A stretch of DNA of 37,133 nt from Planctomycetales bacterium. GTDB lineage: Bacteria; 4484-113; JAFGCY01. The translations under genes were made by a program, and so were the position numbers. Position 1 is the first letter of the stretch. The number at the start of each line of letters is the position of its first letter. Shown one piece after another: positions 1-8,527 of the stretch. The notes below the pieces were generated by a model. That model did no database searches and was not told the DNA's origin. It was given only the letters and a program-made list of their open reading frames with translations. Where the stretch lies: contig JAHEFU010000001.1 of NCBI GenBank assembly GCA_024645305.1, positions 6,809 to 43,941 on the forward strand, written 5' to 3'.

Positions 1-1
1 G

Positions 2-3000
2 ATTACTGTCAATTTCGATGCCTCGGGCTCCACACAGGACCTGGCAGTCATCGTGGACTTTGAATGGGACTTCGACGGCGACGGCGCATTCAACGAGGTG
101 GGCAATGGCGAGGACCTCGCCCAGGGCAATAACACCGCCCAGTTCACATACGCGGTACCCGGCAGCTTTGAGGCGGCCGTGCGCGTGACCAACGACTACG
201 GACTGCAGGCGACTGCCAGTGTGACCATCACCCCGACCGAGGTGCCCAACGTGGCTCCGACGGCCGACATTGCAGCTGACACAGCAGCCGGCATCCTGCC
301 CCTGACCGTCAACTTCGATGCCAGCGGTTCATTCGACACCGACGGCTCGATCGTGGACTACGAATGGGACTTCGAGGGTGACGGGACATATGACATCTCC
401 ACCGGCTCCAGTCCCAGCGCCAGCTTCACCTACCTGAACTTCGGTTTCTACGACCCGGTGGTGCGTGTCACGGACGACGACGGAGCGAAGGACACCGCCA
501 GCCTGTTCGAGAGCACCGGTACCACGCTGGACGTGAACCGCGCCCCGACTGCTGACATCGCGGCTGACACCCTCAGTGGCAACCTGCCCCTGCTGGTCAA
601 CTTCGACGCCAGTGGCAGTTCGGACATTGACGGAACAATCATCAAGTACGAATGGGACTTCGAAGGTGACGGCACCTATGACCTTGACAGCGGGATCGTC
701 AGTACGGCCGGCTTCTCGTTCACAGTGCCCGGTATCTTCGACCCGACGGTCCGCGTGACTGATGACAAGGGTGCGACCGATACCGCCAGCCTGTCCGAGA
801 CAGGTGGAGGCACGCTCAGCATCAACAACCCGCCGACGGCCAGCCTTACTGCTGACACCCTGACCGGCAGCGTTCCGCTGACAGTCAATTTCGACGCCAG
901 CGGATCGACTGACAGCGACGGCACGATCGTGCAGTATGAGTGGGACTTCGACGGTGACGGTACCTATGATTCCGACACCGGTGCCACGGCCACGACTTCG
1001 TTTGAATACACCACCGGCGGCAGCTATGACCCGACCGTCCGCGTGACTGATGATGACGGTGCACAGGACACTGCCAGCCTGTCCGAGACCGGCGGTGGCA
1101 CCCTGACCCTGAACAATCCGCCAGTGGCGGACATCACTGCCAGCCCGCTGAGTGGCACACTGCCTCTCACGGTGAACTTCGATGCCAGCGCATCCACCGA
1201 CAGTGACGGCACGATCGTCAAGTTCGAATGGGACTTCGACGGTGACGGCACCTGGGACCAGGACACCGGCAGCACCGCAACGACTTCCTTCGAGTACACC
1301 ACCCAGGGCAACTTCGATGCCAAGGTGCGGGTGACCGATGATGACGGGGCGACCGATATTGCCAGCCTGTCCGACGGCGGCGGATCGACGATCATGCTCA
1401 ATGATCCGCCTGTTGCTGATATCCAGGGTTCACCGCTCAGCGGTGACCTGCCGCTGACCGTCAACTTCGACGCCAGCGCCTCCACGGACAGCGATGGCAC
1501 GATCACCAAGTTCGAGTGGGACTATGACGGAGACGGCACCTGGGATGAGGATACCGGCACGACCGCCGTTACTTCCTTCGAGTACACCACCTCCGGCACA
1601 TTCGATGCCAAGGTGCGCGTAACCGACAATGATGGCGCGACCGACATTGCCAGCCTGTCCGACAATGGTGGGACGGGAATTGAGGCGAATGCCCCGCCCG
1701 TTGCCGATATCCAGGGCAGCCCGCTGAGTGGCGAACTGCCGCTGACCGTCAACTTCGATGCCAGCGCCTCCACCGACAGTGACGGCACGATCACGAAGTA
1801 CGAATGGGACTACGACGGTGACGGCACCTGGGATGAGGACACGGGCACGACTGCCACGACCTCCTTCGAGTACACGACGAGCGGCACCTTCGACGCCAAG
1901 GTCCGTGTGACCGACGATGACGGTGCGACCGACATCGCCAGCCTCTCGGACAACGGTGGCAGCGGCATCGAGACAAACGACCCGCCGGTTGCAGACATCC
2001 AGGGCTCGCCGCTGAGCGGTACCCTGCCGCTGACCGTCAACTTCGATGCCAGTGCCTCCACCGACAGTGACGGCACTATCACCAAGTACGAATGGGACTT
2101 CGACGGTGACGGCACCTGGGACTCCGATACGGGTACCACTGCCATGACCTCCTTCGAGTACACCACTGCCGGCACATTTGATGCAAAGGTGCGGGTGACT
2201 GATGATGACGGTGCTACCGACATCGCCAGCCTCTCCGATAACGGTGGCAGCGGGATCGAGATCAATGATCCGCCGGTGGCGGACATCCAGGGTTCACCGC
2301 TGGCCGGTGAACTGCCGCTGACCGTCAACTTCGATGCCAGCGCCTCCACCGACAGTGATGGCACGATCACCAAGTACGAATGGGACTACGACGGTGACGG
2401 CACCTGGGATGAGGACACGGGAACGACAGCTACGACCTCCTTCGAGTACACCGTGGCCGGGACCTATGACGCCAAGGTGCGCGTGACCGATGATGACGGT
2501 GCCACGGACATCGCGAGCATGTCTGATAATGGTGGCAGCGGTATCGAGGCCCAGGTGGCCCCGACGGCGGCCATCATTGCCACTCCCGACTCGGGACCCT
2601 CTCCGCTGGTCATCAGCTTCGATGCATCTGGAAGCACTGATCCTGATGGAACGATCACGCTCTATGAGTGGGATCTTGACCACAACGGCAGCTTTGAGAC
2701 GAACACCGGTACTACGCCTACCGCCGGTGCGACCTATAACAACCCCGGCCTCTGGACGATCACCGTCCGTGTCACGGACGATGACGGCCTGACGGACACC
2801 GCCAGCGTCGACATCACGGTCACCAGCGGATGGAGTACGAGTACGACAATCCTCAACGTGGTCCTTGACAGCAAGGTCTCCATGGCTGACTTTGAAACAG
2901 GAGCCAATGCACGCCTCGGGCTGGCCTACAAGCTTGCCGCAACGAATGACCTGATGTTCATCCGGACGACGGACAACACCGGTTACAACTGGGGCAGCCC

Positions 3001-3889
3001 AATCGCCGTCCAGACAACAGGACAGGTTGGCAACGACTGCACCCTGGCCAACATCGGCGGCTATCCGGGCATCACCTTCAAGCGTGCCCAGAGCAAACTT
3101 GACTACATCCAGGCCACGGCCACAGACGGCAGCGCCTGGTGGACGGACTCAATCCAGGTTGACGGCGGCGGTGGTGCAGGAGCATTCACCAGCCTTTCAT
3201 TCATCAACGGGACGGCCAATGCTTCCGGAATCAAGTCAGGCCAGGACAAACTCCGCTTCGCGCGTGCAACGAACGCCACCGGTACGAGCTGGGACCCCGC
3301 AATTGACGTTGATCCTGCAATCGGCAGCGAGACCATGGAATTCACGGATATTCATGAAATCGTTGGCAACCCCTCAATAGTGTTCAACTACGAGGGAACC
3401 AACACAGGTCTCAAGTATGTCCGTGCTACCAATGCCACCGGCTCAACCTGGGGAAGCTCAGTGACGATTGACGCACCCATTTCAGGAGGACGCTATCCGA
3501 GCCTGCACTTGGTCCAGAGCAATCCGGCTACCAGTTACCAGGCCAACGCCATCAATGAGCTTCGCTTCTGCCGAGCCAGTAATGCCACCGGTAGCGGCTG
3601 GGGAACCCCCGTCACTGTGGATACGGGAACGGAGAATGGCCAGTGGACCACCCTGCTCGTCTATGACGGTGTGCCCATCATCTCCTATTACGATGCCGGT
3701 AATGGTGACCTGAAGTTCGCCAAGGCGAATGATGCCAACGGAGTGACCTGGACTCTGACGACGATTGACTCCACAGGCGACGTCGGTAAGTATGCCAGCA
3801 TGGCCCTGCTTGACGGCAAGCCCTGCATTGCATACTACGACGTGACCAATTCCGCACTGAAGCTGGCGATATTCGTTCCAGCTCCGTAG
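2..3889 (+). CDS. Giant secreted/cell-surface protein with its 5' end outside the window: 10 tandem PKD (Ig-like) domains plus a ~350-aa beta-propeller-like repeat domain at the C-terminus
   Basis: The frame is open from base 2 (ITVNFDASGS... precedes the GTG at 53 used in the ORF track). There are ten copies of the PKD signature PL.VNFDAS.S.D.DG.I..YEWDFDGDG...(Y)..G.(F/Y)...V.V.DD.G..D. The C-terminal part has about seven strands of the form L-[KR]-[FY]-x-[RK]-A-x-[ND]-x-x-G-x-x-W spaced ~50 aa apart. The stop at 3887-3889 is followed by a hairpin terminator. Confidence 0.9.
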   Translation: MTVNFDASGSTQDLAVIVDFEWDFDGDGAFNEVGNGEDLAQGNNTAQFTYAVPGSFEAAVRVTNDYGLQATASVTITPTEVPNVAPTADIAADTAAGILPLTVNFDASGSFDTDGSIVDYEWDFEGDGTYDISTGSSPSASFTYLNFGFYDPVVRVTDDDGAKDTASLFESTGTTLDVNRAPTADIAADTLSGNLPLLVNFDASGSSDIDGTIIKYEWDFEGDGTYDLDSGIVSTAGFSFTVPGIFDPTVRVTDDKGATDTASLSETGGGTLSINNPPTASLTADTLTGSVPLTVNFDASGSTDSDGTIVQYEWDFDGDGTYDSDTGATATTSFEYTTGGSYDPTVRVTDDDGAQDTASLSETGGGTLTLNNPPVADITASPLSGTLPLTVNFDASASTDSDGTIVKFEWDFDGDGTWDQDTGSTATTSFEYTTQGNFDAKVRVTDDDGATDIASLSDGGGSTIMLNDPPVADIQGSPLSGDLPLTVNFDASASTDSDGTITKFEWDYDGDGTWDEDTGTTAVTSFEYTTSGTFDAKVRVTDNDGATDIASLSDNGGTGIEANAPPVADIQGSPLSGELPLTVNFDASASTDSDGTITKYEWDYDGDGTWDEDTGTTATTSFEYTTSGTFDAKVRVTDDDGATDIASLSDNGGSGIETNDPPVADIQGSPLSGTLPLTVNFDASASTDSDGTITKYEWDFDGDGTWDSDTGTTAMTSFEYTTAGTFDAKVRVTDDDGATDIASLSDNGGSGIEINDPPVADIQGSPLAGELPLTVNFDASASTDSDGTITKYEWDYDGDGTWDEDTGTTATTSFEYTVAGTYDAKVRVTDDDGATDIASMSDNGGSGIEAQVAPTAAIIATPDSGPSPLVISFDASGSTDPDGTITLYEWDLDHNGSFETNTGTTPTAGATYNNPGLWTITVRVTDDDGLTDTASVDITVTSGWSTSTTILNVVLDSKVSMADFETGANARLGLAYKLAATNDLMFIRTTDNTGYNWGSPIAVQTTGQVGNDCTLANIGGYPGITFKRAQSKLDYIQATATDGSAWWTDSIQVDGGGGAGAFTSLSFINGTANASGIKSGQDKLRFARATNATGTSWDPAIDVDPAIGSETMEFTDIHEIVGNPSIVFNYEGTNTGLKYVRATNATGSTWGSSVTIDAPISGGRYPSLHLVQSNPATSYQANAINELRFCRASNATGSGWGTPVTVDTGTENGQWTTLLVYDGVPIISYYDAGNGDLKFAKANDANGVTWTLTTIDSTGDVGKYASMALLDGKPCIAYYDVTNSALKLAIFVPAP
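302..2893 (+). repeat. Intragenic tandem array of nine 288-bp (96-codon) PKD-domain units in exact phase; a tenth unit of about 300 bp lies at the window edge
   Basis: The ctgaccgtcaacttcgatgcc-type anchor recurs at 302, 590, 878, 1166, 1454, 1742, 2030, 2318 and 2606, exactly 288 bp apart each time. Units between ~1166 and ~2560 share runs of more than 100 nt with only a few mismatches. Confidence 0.9.
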
Positions 3890-3907
3890 ACTGCATCAGC
3901 AGAATAT

Positions 3908-3940
3908 GCGGGCCGCCCTGCGGGGCGGCCCGTTTTTTTT
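3908..3940 (+). terminator. Rho-independent terminator after the PKD gene, between convergent genes
   Basis: GGGCCGCCC (3910-3918) pairs with GGGCGGCCC (3923-3931) around loop TGCG, followed by T8 (3933-3940). Confidence 0.8.
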
Positions 3941-3981
3941 CTGCTTGTGGATCCTGGCTGTTAGGCGGAAGATGAGGGTGC

Positions 3982-5298
3982 TCAATTCCCGCTGGTGTTC
4001 TCACTGGACAATTCAGGCAGCAGCAGCAGGTCCCCACCGCTGCGCCGGGCCACGATCCGGCCGTCTTCCCTGCGGAAGAACTGGCTGATGCTGCCTTCGC
4101 CGGTTTTCCATGCATCCAGAATGCTGCCATCGCGGGCGAGCAGGAATATGCTTCCGCTGCGCGCTCCGTAGTCCCGGTCCAGGTACAGGTAGACCTGCCT
4201 TGTATACATGTCGTAGTAACCCAGCCCCTTGCGCTGGGGATGCGGCTGTCCTTCCCCGCTGGATTCCCCATCAATGTCCGTATGGTTGTAATTGCGCATG
4301 TGCAGCAGTGCAAATGCGGGGGAGAACTCAAGTACCATCAGCCCGTTTCCTTCGGAGACCTCTGTGTTGCTGTCACAGAACAGGTAGTTCCCCTCCGGTG
4401 TCAGGGCTGATTCCTCGTCCAGCATGCTGAACAGGATCTGCGGATCCTCCAGATCGTACGCAATTTGCTGGGCTTGCCCCTGCGAATCAAACTCGAACAG
4501 CATGTCCTCGCGCAGCAGGATGGCCCGGCCGTCCGGCATGACGCGCAGCCGTCCCACCGTATGCCGGTCAGTCAGCCCGGCGTTGTCAAGACTGGAGTTG
4601 CCGGGGGTTAGTCCGCCGGCGCTATGTTGCCAGATTGGTTCACCCCGGCTGTCGAGCATCTCGTAGTGCACACCGCAGCTGGCGGGGTCAGGCGGATCAC
4701 CGGTGAAATGCCAGCCCAGCAGCATCCGCAGCACATCGTCATCATCCCGGTGGAAATAGCCCTGCAGGTCATAGTGGTTCGGGGCCTGGTAATCCAGTCG
4801 GTATACTTCGTTGCCATCCCGGTCCAGCAGCAGCAGGCCACGCCTGGTCTGCACCATGATGGAACTGCCGTCCTCCGAGATCTGGGCCGGGCTGATTTCG
4901 TCGGACAGCTCTTTGCGGCTCCAGAGCACAGTCCCATCCGGGCTGATCACATCCAGCACGCGGTCCTTGGAATAGGCGTAGATCCGGCCGGTGTTGTCAA
5001 CGCCAACCACTTCCACGCCATTGGTGCTCCCGACCTCCGCCCGCCAGAGTTCCGCGCCGGAGGAATCCAGCCGGGCCACTGTGCCCCAGCCGCGGATGCC
5101 CTCGCGGCAGACCAGGAAGCCACCATCAGGATGCAGGAAGCTCGTGCAGTAGTCCCCGTAAGTCATGTCCAGCAATAGATCAATCGCCGGATCAACACCC
5201 CGCAGTGCCTCACTGGATCGCGGGTTGTTGCAGGCCGCGAGGCAAAGGGTTGCCATCAGCAGGAAAGCCAAACTGGTTGGCCAGATCTGTCCTCTCAT
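3982..5298 (-). CDS. Lipoprotein with beta-propeller-like (PQQ/BamB-like) repeats; function unknown
   Basis: N-terminus MRGQIWPTSLAFLLMATLCLAAC has a lipobox L-A-A-C. Repeated (D/N)G..LW / DG.(I/V) strand motifs run through the 438 aa. No catalytic motif was recognised. Confidence 0.75.
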   Translation of the reverse strand: MRGQIWPTSLAFLLMATLCLAACNNPRSSEALRGVDPAIDLLLDMTYGDYCTSFLHPDGGFLVCREGIRGWGTVARLDSSGAELWRAEVGSTNGVEVVGVDNTGRIYAYSKDRVLDVISPDGTVLWSRKELSDEISPAQISEDGSSIMVQTRRGLLLLDRDGNEVYRLDYQAPNHYDLQGYFHRDDDDVLRMLLGWHFTGDPPDPASCGVHYEMLDSRGEPIWQHSAGGLTPGNSSLDNAGLTDRHTVGRLRVMPDGRAILLREDMLFEFDSQGQAQQIAYDLEDPQILFSMLDEESALTPEGNYLFCDSNTEVSEGNGLMVLEFSPAFALLHMRNYNHTDIDGESSGEGQPHPQRKGLGYYDMYTRQVYLYLDRDYGARSGSIFLLARDGSILDAWKTGEGSISQFFRREDGRIVARRSGGDLLLLPELSSENTSGN

Positions 5299-5304
5299 GC
5301 ACTG

Positions 5305-5313
5305 ATGCTAGCA
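5305..5313 (-). promoter_or_regulatory. Extended -10 element (TGcTAGCAT) 6 nt upstream of the ATG at 5298
   Basis: The minus strand reads ggTGcTAGCATcagtgcATG. There is no Shine-Dalgarno sequence between the hexamer and the start. Confidence 0.4.
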
Positions 5314-5359
5314 CCACGATGCTGCAGTGCCTGGAGCAGGCGGTTTGATCACTCCGGTG

Positions 5360-6532
5360 TCAGTGCCCCTTGGCCACACCCTTGACCACACCCTTGAGGG
5401 CCCGGGCGATCACCAGGCGCTGGATCTCATTCGTCCCTTCGTAGATCTGCGTGATCTTGGCATCACGGAAGAAGCGCTCCACCGGGAAGTCCGTCGTATA
5501 TCCGTATCCACCGAGGATCTGCACGGCCTTGTCCGTCACCCAGACCGCCGTGTCGCCGGCATACAGCTTGGCCATGCTGGATTCCTTGGTATGTACCAGA
5601 CCCTGGCTGTTCATCCAGGCTGCCCGGTACACCAGCAGGCGCGCAGCGGCAATCCGGGTCGCCATATCCGCCAGGTAGTTGCCGATGGTCTGGTGCTCGA
5701 TGATCGGCTTGCCGAATGTCTCACGTTCCTGGCTGTACTGCAGCGAGAAGTCAAAGGCTCCCTGGGCGATACCCAGCGCCTGGCTGGCAATCCCGATCCG
5801 GCTCACGTCCAGGGCGTTGTAGGCTACCTTGGCACCCTGGCCTTCCGGTCCCAGCACCATGCTGCGGGGCACGCGCACATCCTTCAGCACGATTTCCGCA
5901 GTGTCACTGGAACGGATGCCCAGCTTGTCCTCCGTCTTGCTGACGGTGAAACCCTCTGCATCCCGCGGCACTATGAAGGCCGTCACGCGCTGGCTGCTGC
6001 GTTCGGCGTCGGGATGGCTGATGGCGAAGATGATGAAGATGCTGGCCACGGAGCCATTGGTGACCCACAGCTTGGTACCGTTGAGCACCCAGTCGTCGCC
6101 ATCAAGCCTGGCCTGGCAGGACATGGCCATCGCGTCGCTGCCGCTGCCGGCTTCACTGAGGCTGTAGGCCGATATCCACTCACCGCTGGCCATCTTCGGC
6201 AGGATCTGTGCTTTCTGCTCCGGGGTGGCCCAGTTATTGAGGGTCTTGCCGGTCAGGCCGGAATGCACGGCCACGAGCACACCGAAGCTGGCATCCACGC
6301 GGCTCAGTTCCTCAATGACGATCGCCTCACTGACCGAATCCAGCTCGTTGCCGCCGTATTCATCAGCGACGGTCATGCCCGCGAAGCCCAGCTCACTGTA
6401 CTTCTCCCACTGGGCCCTGGCAAACAGCTTTTCCTTGTCACGCTTCAGTGCTTCCGGGGCCAGTTCGCTCTCCGCGAATTCGCGGACAGTCTCACGGACC
6501 ATCATCTGTTCTTCGGTGTAGCCGAATTCCAT
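5360..6532 (-). CDS. Acyl-CoA dehydrogenase (short/medium-chain, butyryl-CoA dehydrogenase-like)
   Basis: MEFGYTEEQ..VRE.VREFAE.E.AP start, a ~390-aa protein ending ..IYEGTNEIQRLVIAR.L, typical of the ACAD family. I prefer the ATG at 6532 because GAGGGAGG lies just upstream; the ORF-track start at 6580 is probably too early. Confidence 0.9.
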   Translation of the reverse strand: MEFGYTEEQMMVRETVREFAESELAPEALKRDKEKLFARAQWEKYSELGFAGMTVADEYGGNELDSVSEAIVIEELSRVDASFGVLVAVHSGLTGKTLNNWATPEQKAQILPKMASGEWISAYSLSEAGSGSDAMAMSCQARLDGDDWVLNGTKLWVTNGSVASIFIIFAISHPDAERSSQRVTAFIVPRDAEGFTVSKTEDKLGIRSSDTAEIVLKDVRVPRSMVLGPEGQGAKVAYNALDVSRIGIASQALGIAQGAFDFSLQYSQERETFGKPIIEHQTIGNYLADMATRIAAARLLVYRAAWMNSQGLVHTKESSMAKLYAGDTAVWVTDKAVQILGGYGYTTDFPVERFFRDAKITQIYEGTNEIQRLVIARALKGVVKGVAKGH

Positions 6533-6619
6533 GATTTCCTCCCTCGCTAGTCGGAGATATTTTACATCGTAGGCGGGCACCGCTTCCGCTCACGGCTTAC
6601 AGTTCAATACTCCCTGACG

Positions 6620-6628
6620 TGATAGAAT
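6620..6628 (+). promoter_or_regulatory. Extended -10 element (TGaTAGAAT) 5 nt upstream of the ATG at 6634
   Basis: The sequence reads gTGaTAGAATcgctcATGgat with no SD. This implies a leaderless ridA-like transcript. Confidence 0.45.
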
Positions 6629-6633
6629 CGCTC

Positions 6634-7104
6634 ATGGATTTTGACAAGAAACTGTCGGATCTGGGAATCGCACCTGGCAGTCCGGCCATGCCCGTGGCCA
6701 ATTACCTGCCGTACCGCATCCATGGTTCAGTCCTGTACCTCTCCGGTATGATTCCGATGAAGGACGGGCAGTCCCTGTTCACAGGCAGGGTGGGGGATGG
6801 ACTCAGCATTGAACAGGGCCAGGAATGTGCCCGCCAGTGCGTGATAAACGGGCTGGACTGGATGCGCGTAGCTCTTGGCGGCAGTCTCAACCGTATCGAA
6901 GCCATCATCCGCCTGCGCGGATTCGTGGCCTGCCCGCCGGGCTTTGGCCAGCAGCCGCAGGTGATAAATGGAGCCAGCGACCTGCTGGTGGAAATATTCG
7001 GCGATGCCGGCCGGCATACCCGTGCCGCCGTGGGCAGTGTGGCACTGCCCCTCAATGTGCCTGTGGAGATAGACTTCACTGTGGCGATCAGAGAGGGCGC
7101 CTGA
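6634..7104 (+). CDS. RidA/YjgF/UK114 family protein (reactive-intermediate deaminase family)
   Basis: ..LGI..P....PVANY.PYR..G..LY.SG..P...G......G..G.....E.G.. and a C-terminal R.AVG...LP....VEI.. resemble YjgF-family proteins. An alternative GTG start is at 6619. Confidence 0.8.
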   Translation: MDFDKKLSDLGIAPGSPAMPVANYLPYRIHGSVLYLSGMIPMKDGQSLFTGRVGDGLSIEQGQECARQCVINGLDWMRVALGGSLNRIEAIIRLRGFVACPPGFGQQPQVINGASDLLVEIFGDAGRHTRAAVGSVALPLNVPVEIDFTVAIREGA

Positions 7105-7105
7105 C

Positions 7106-8509
7106 ATGAAACTGCTGATCTGTGGCCTGCTGCTCTGCGCGCTGTTTGGCGTGCTGTCCGCCTGCCTGCAGACCGCACCGCGCGAAAGCTTCTCTGTTGC
7201 CTGGAACTATGACACCAGTGGCTACCTGGAGGTCTGCGGCTGCAGTGCACATCAACTCGGCGGACTGCCCCGGCGAGCTACGAAGCTTGAAGAGCTCGAA
7301 AGCGGCGGTCCGGTGCTGAAGATCGAAGGTGCGCACTTCTTCGAGGAAGCCGGCACTTTCCAGATGATGAAGGGTGAGGCCATCGTGAAGGCCCTGAAGC
7401 AGATGGACTACGACGCCCTGGTGCTTGGTGTGCGCGAGGCCCAGCAGGGGGCTTCCGAGCTGGACCGGCTGGCAGCGCTGACAGACATTCCCTTCGTCAG
7501 TGCCAACGTCTACAGCAATGGTGCGCCCTATACCGACCAGTCCCTGCGCATTGCCATCGCAGGCAATGACGTGGCCCTGACGGCAGTCAGCCAGCCGGAA
7601 TTCGCCACATTCGAATTGCCCGCAGGCATGAGCATTGAGGATCCGCAGCTCGCCCTGGACAGCGTGCTGGCGGATCTCGTAGGAGCGGACTGCACCATCA
7701 TCTGCCTGGAAGGTGATCCCCTCTGGCTGGCGGACATGAAGAATCGCTATGCGGGCCGGGCTGCCCTGTTCCTGACCGGCAACCGCGACACTCTTGCCGC
7801 ATCACTCGACTTCGAGAATAACCCACCTGCCATCAACAACTGGAAGCTCGGCCGCTATCTGGGCTTCGTCAGTTTCGATCCGCTGGAAGACGGGGGCTAT
7901 GCCCTCAGTGGCCTGAACATCCCGCTGGATGAGGAACTGGTCGACAGTGCACGGATCACGGCGGTGCTTGACGAGTTCAAGGGCGGCCTGAAGGATGTCT
8001 TCGCGGAAATCATGCCCTTCGATGATGACTCAATCTACTTCCCGCCGGAGTACTGTGCAGCCTGTCACCAGAGCCAGTACGACAGCTATGTTGCCAGCGG
8101 GCATGCCAAGGCTCGCCAGACACTCGAAGACGACAACCAGCTCTACAACCTGGACTGCATCAGCTGCCACATCATCTATGACCCCGACGAGAATGAACTG
8201 ATGCCGATGAACTGCATCACCTGTCATTCGAACATTGACGACCTGCACGTCTATGCGGCGATGGATGACCCGTCATCGATCGTGGCCCCGGACCCGCCGG
8301 TCACCAGCTACGACTACGCCTTCTGCGTGCGTTGCCATGATGAGCTGAACAGTACGCCCTTCAGGGATCACTGGCCGCAGTATGTCAACCGGATCTTCCA
8401 TGGTGGAGACATGACACGGGCCGAGGAAGCTGCTGCGCTGCTTGGGCTGGATATCACGGCTGATCCGCCGGGACACGGCATGGCAGCAGGGGATGGGGCA
8501 GGGCACTGA
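7106..8509 (+). CDS. Lipoprotein combining a degenerate UshA/5'-nucleotidase-like (metallophosphatase-fold) domain with a C-terminal tetraheme cytochrome c module
   Basis: Lipobox VLSAC (Cys20). There are four CxxCH motifs: CAACH (aa 317), CISCH (351), CITCH (370) and CVRCH (407). Residues 30-140 align by eye with the UshA N-domain, but DxH, GD and GNHE are replaced (NYDTSG, EGAH, GVREA). The start lies 1 nt after the ridA-like stop (TGAcATG). Confidence 0.85.
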   Translation: MKLLICGLLLCALFGVLSACLQTAPRESFSVAWNYDTSGYLEVCGCSAHQLGGLPRRATKLEELESGGPVLKIEGAHFFEEAGTFQMMKGEAIVKALKQMDYDALVLGVREAQQGASELDRLAALTDIPFVSANVYSNGAPYTDQSLRIAIAGNDVALTAVSQPEFATFELPAGMSIEDPQLALDSVLADLVGADCTIICLEGDPLWLADMKNRYAGRAALFLTGNRDTLAASLDFENNPPAINNWKLGRYLGFVSFDPLEDGGYALSGLNIPLDEELVDSARITAVLDEFKGGLKDVFAEIMPFDDDSIYFPPEYCAACHQSQYDSYVASGHAKARQTLEDDNQLYNLDCISCHIIYDPDENELMPMNCITCHSNIDDLHVYAAMDDPSSIVAPDPPVTSYDYAFCVRCHDELNSTPFRDHWPQYVNRIFHGGDMTRAEEAAALLGLDITADPPGHGMAAGDGAGH

Positions 8510-8527
8510 GCCTGGTCCCGCCAGGCC

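Noticed and set aside
448-2683. A series of minus-strand and alternative-frame ORFs inside the PKD array (for example 1024-1509, 1810-2373 and 2294-2683)
   Set aside because: They repeat because the PKD units repeat. Their translations (SPSKSHS..VPSLSVEALASKLTVSG..) are mirror images of the PKD frame and have no independent signal.
302-2893. Whether the regular 288-bp repeats could be a CRISPR array or a satellite
   Set aside because: The period is far longer than CRISPR repeat-spacer units, and there is no alternation of conserved repeats and unique spacers. The whole array is one open reading frame encoding PKD domains.
5327-6550. A 407-aa plus-strand ORF almost exactly antisense to the acyl-CoA dehydrogenase gene
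   Set aside because: This is a typical shadow ORF of a GC-rich gene. The translation is low-complexity and rich in R/A/G/H/L with no motif, whereas the minus-strand product is a textbook ACAD.
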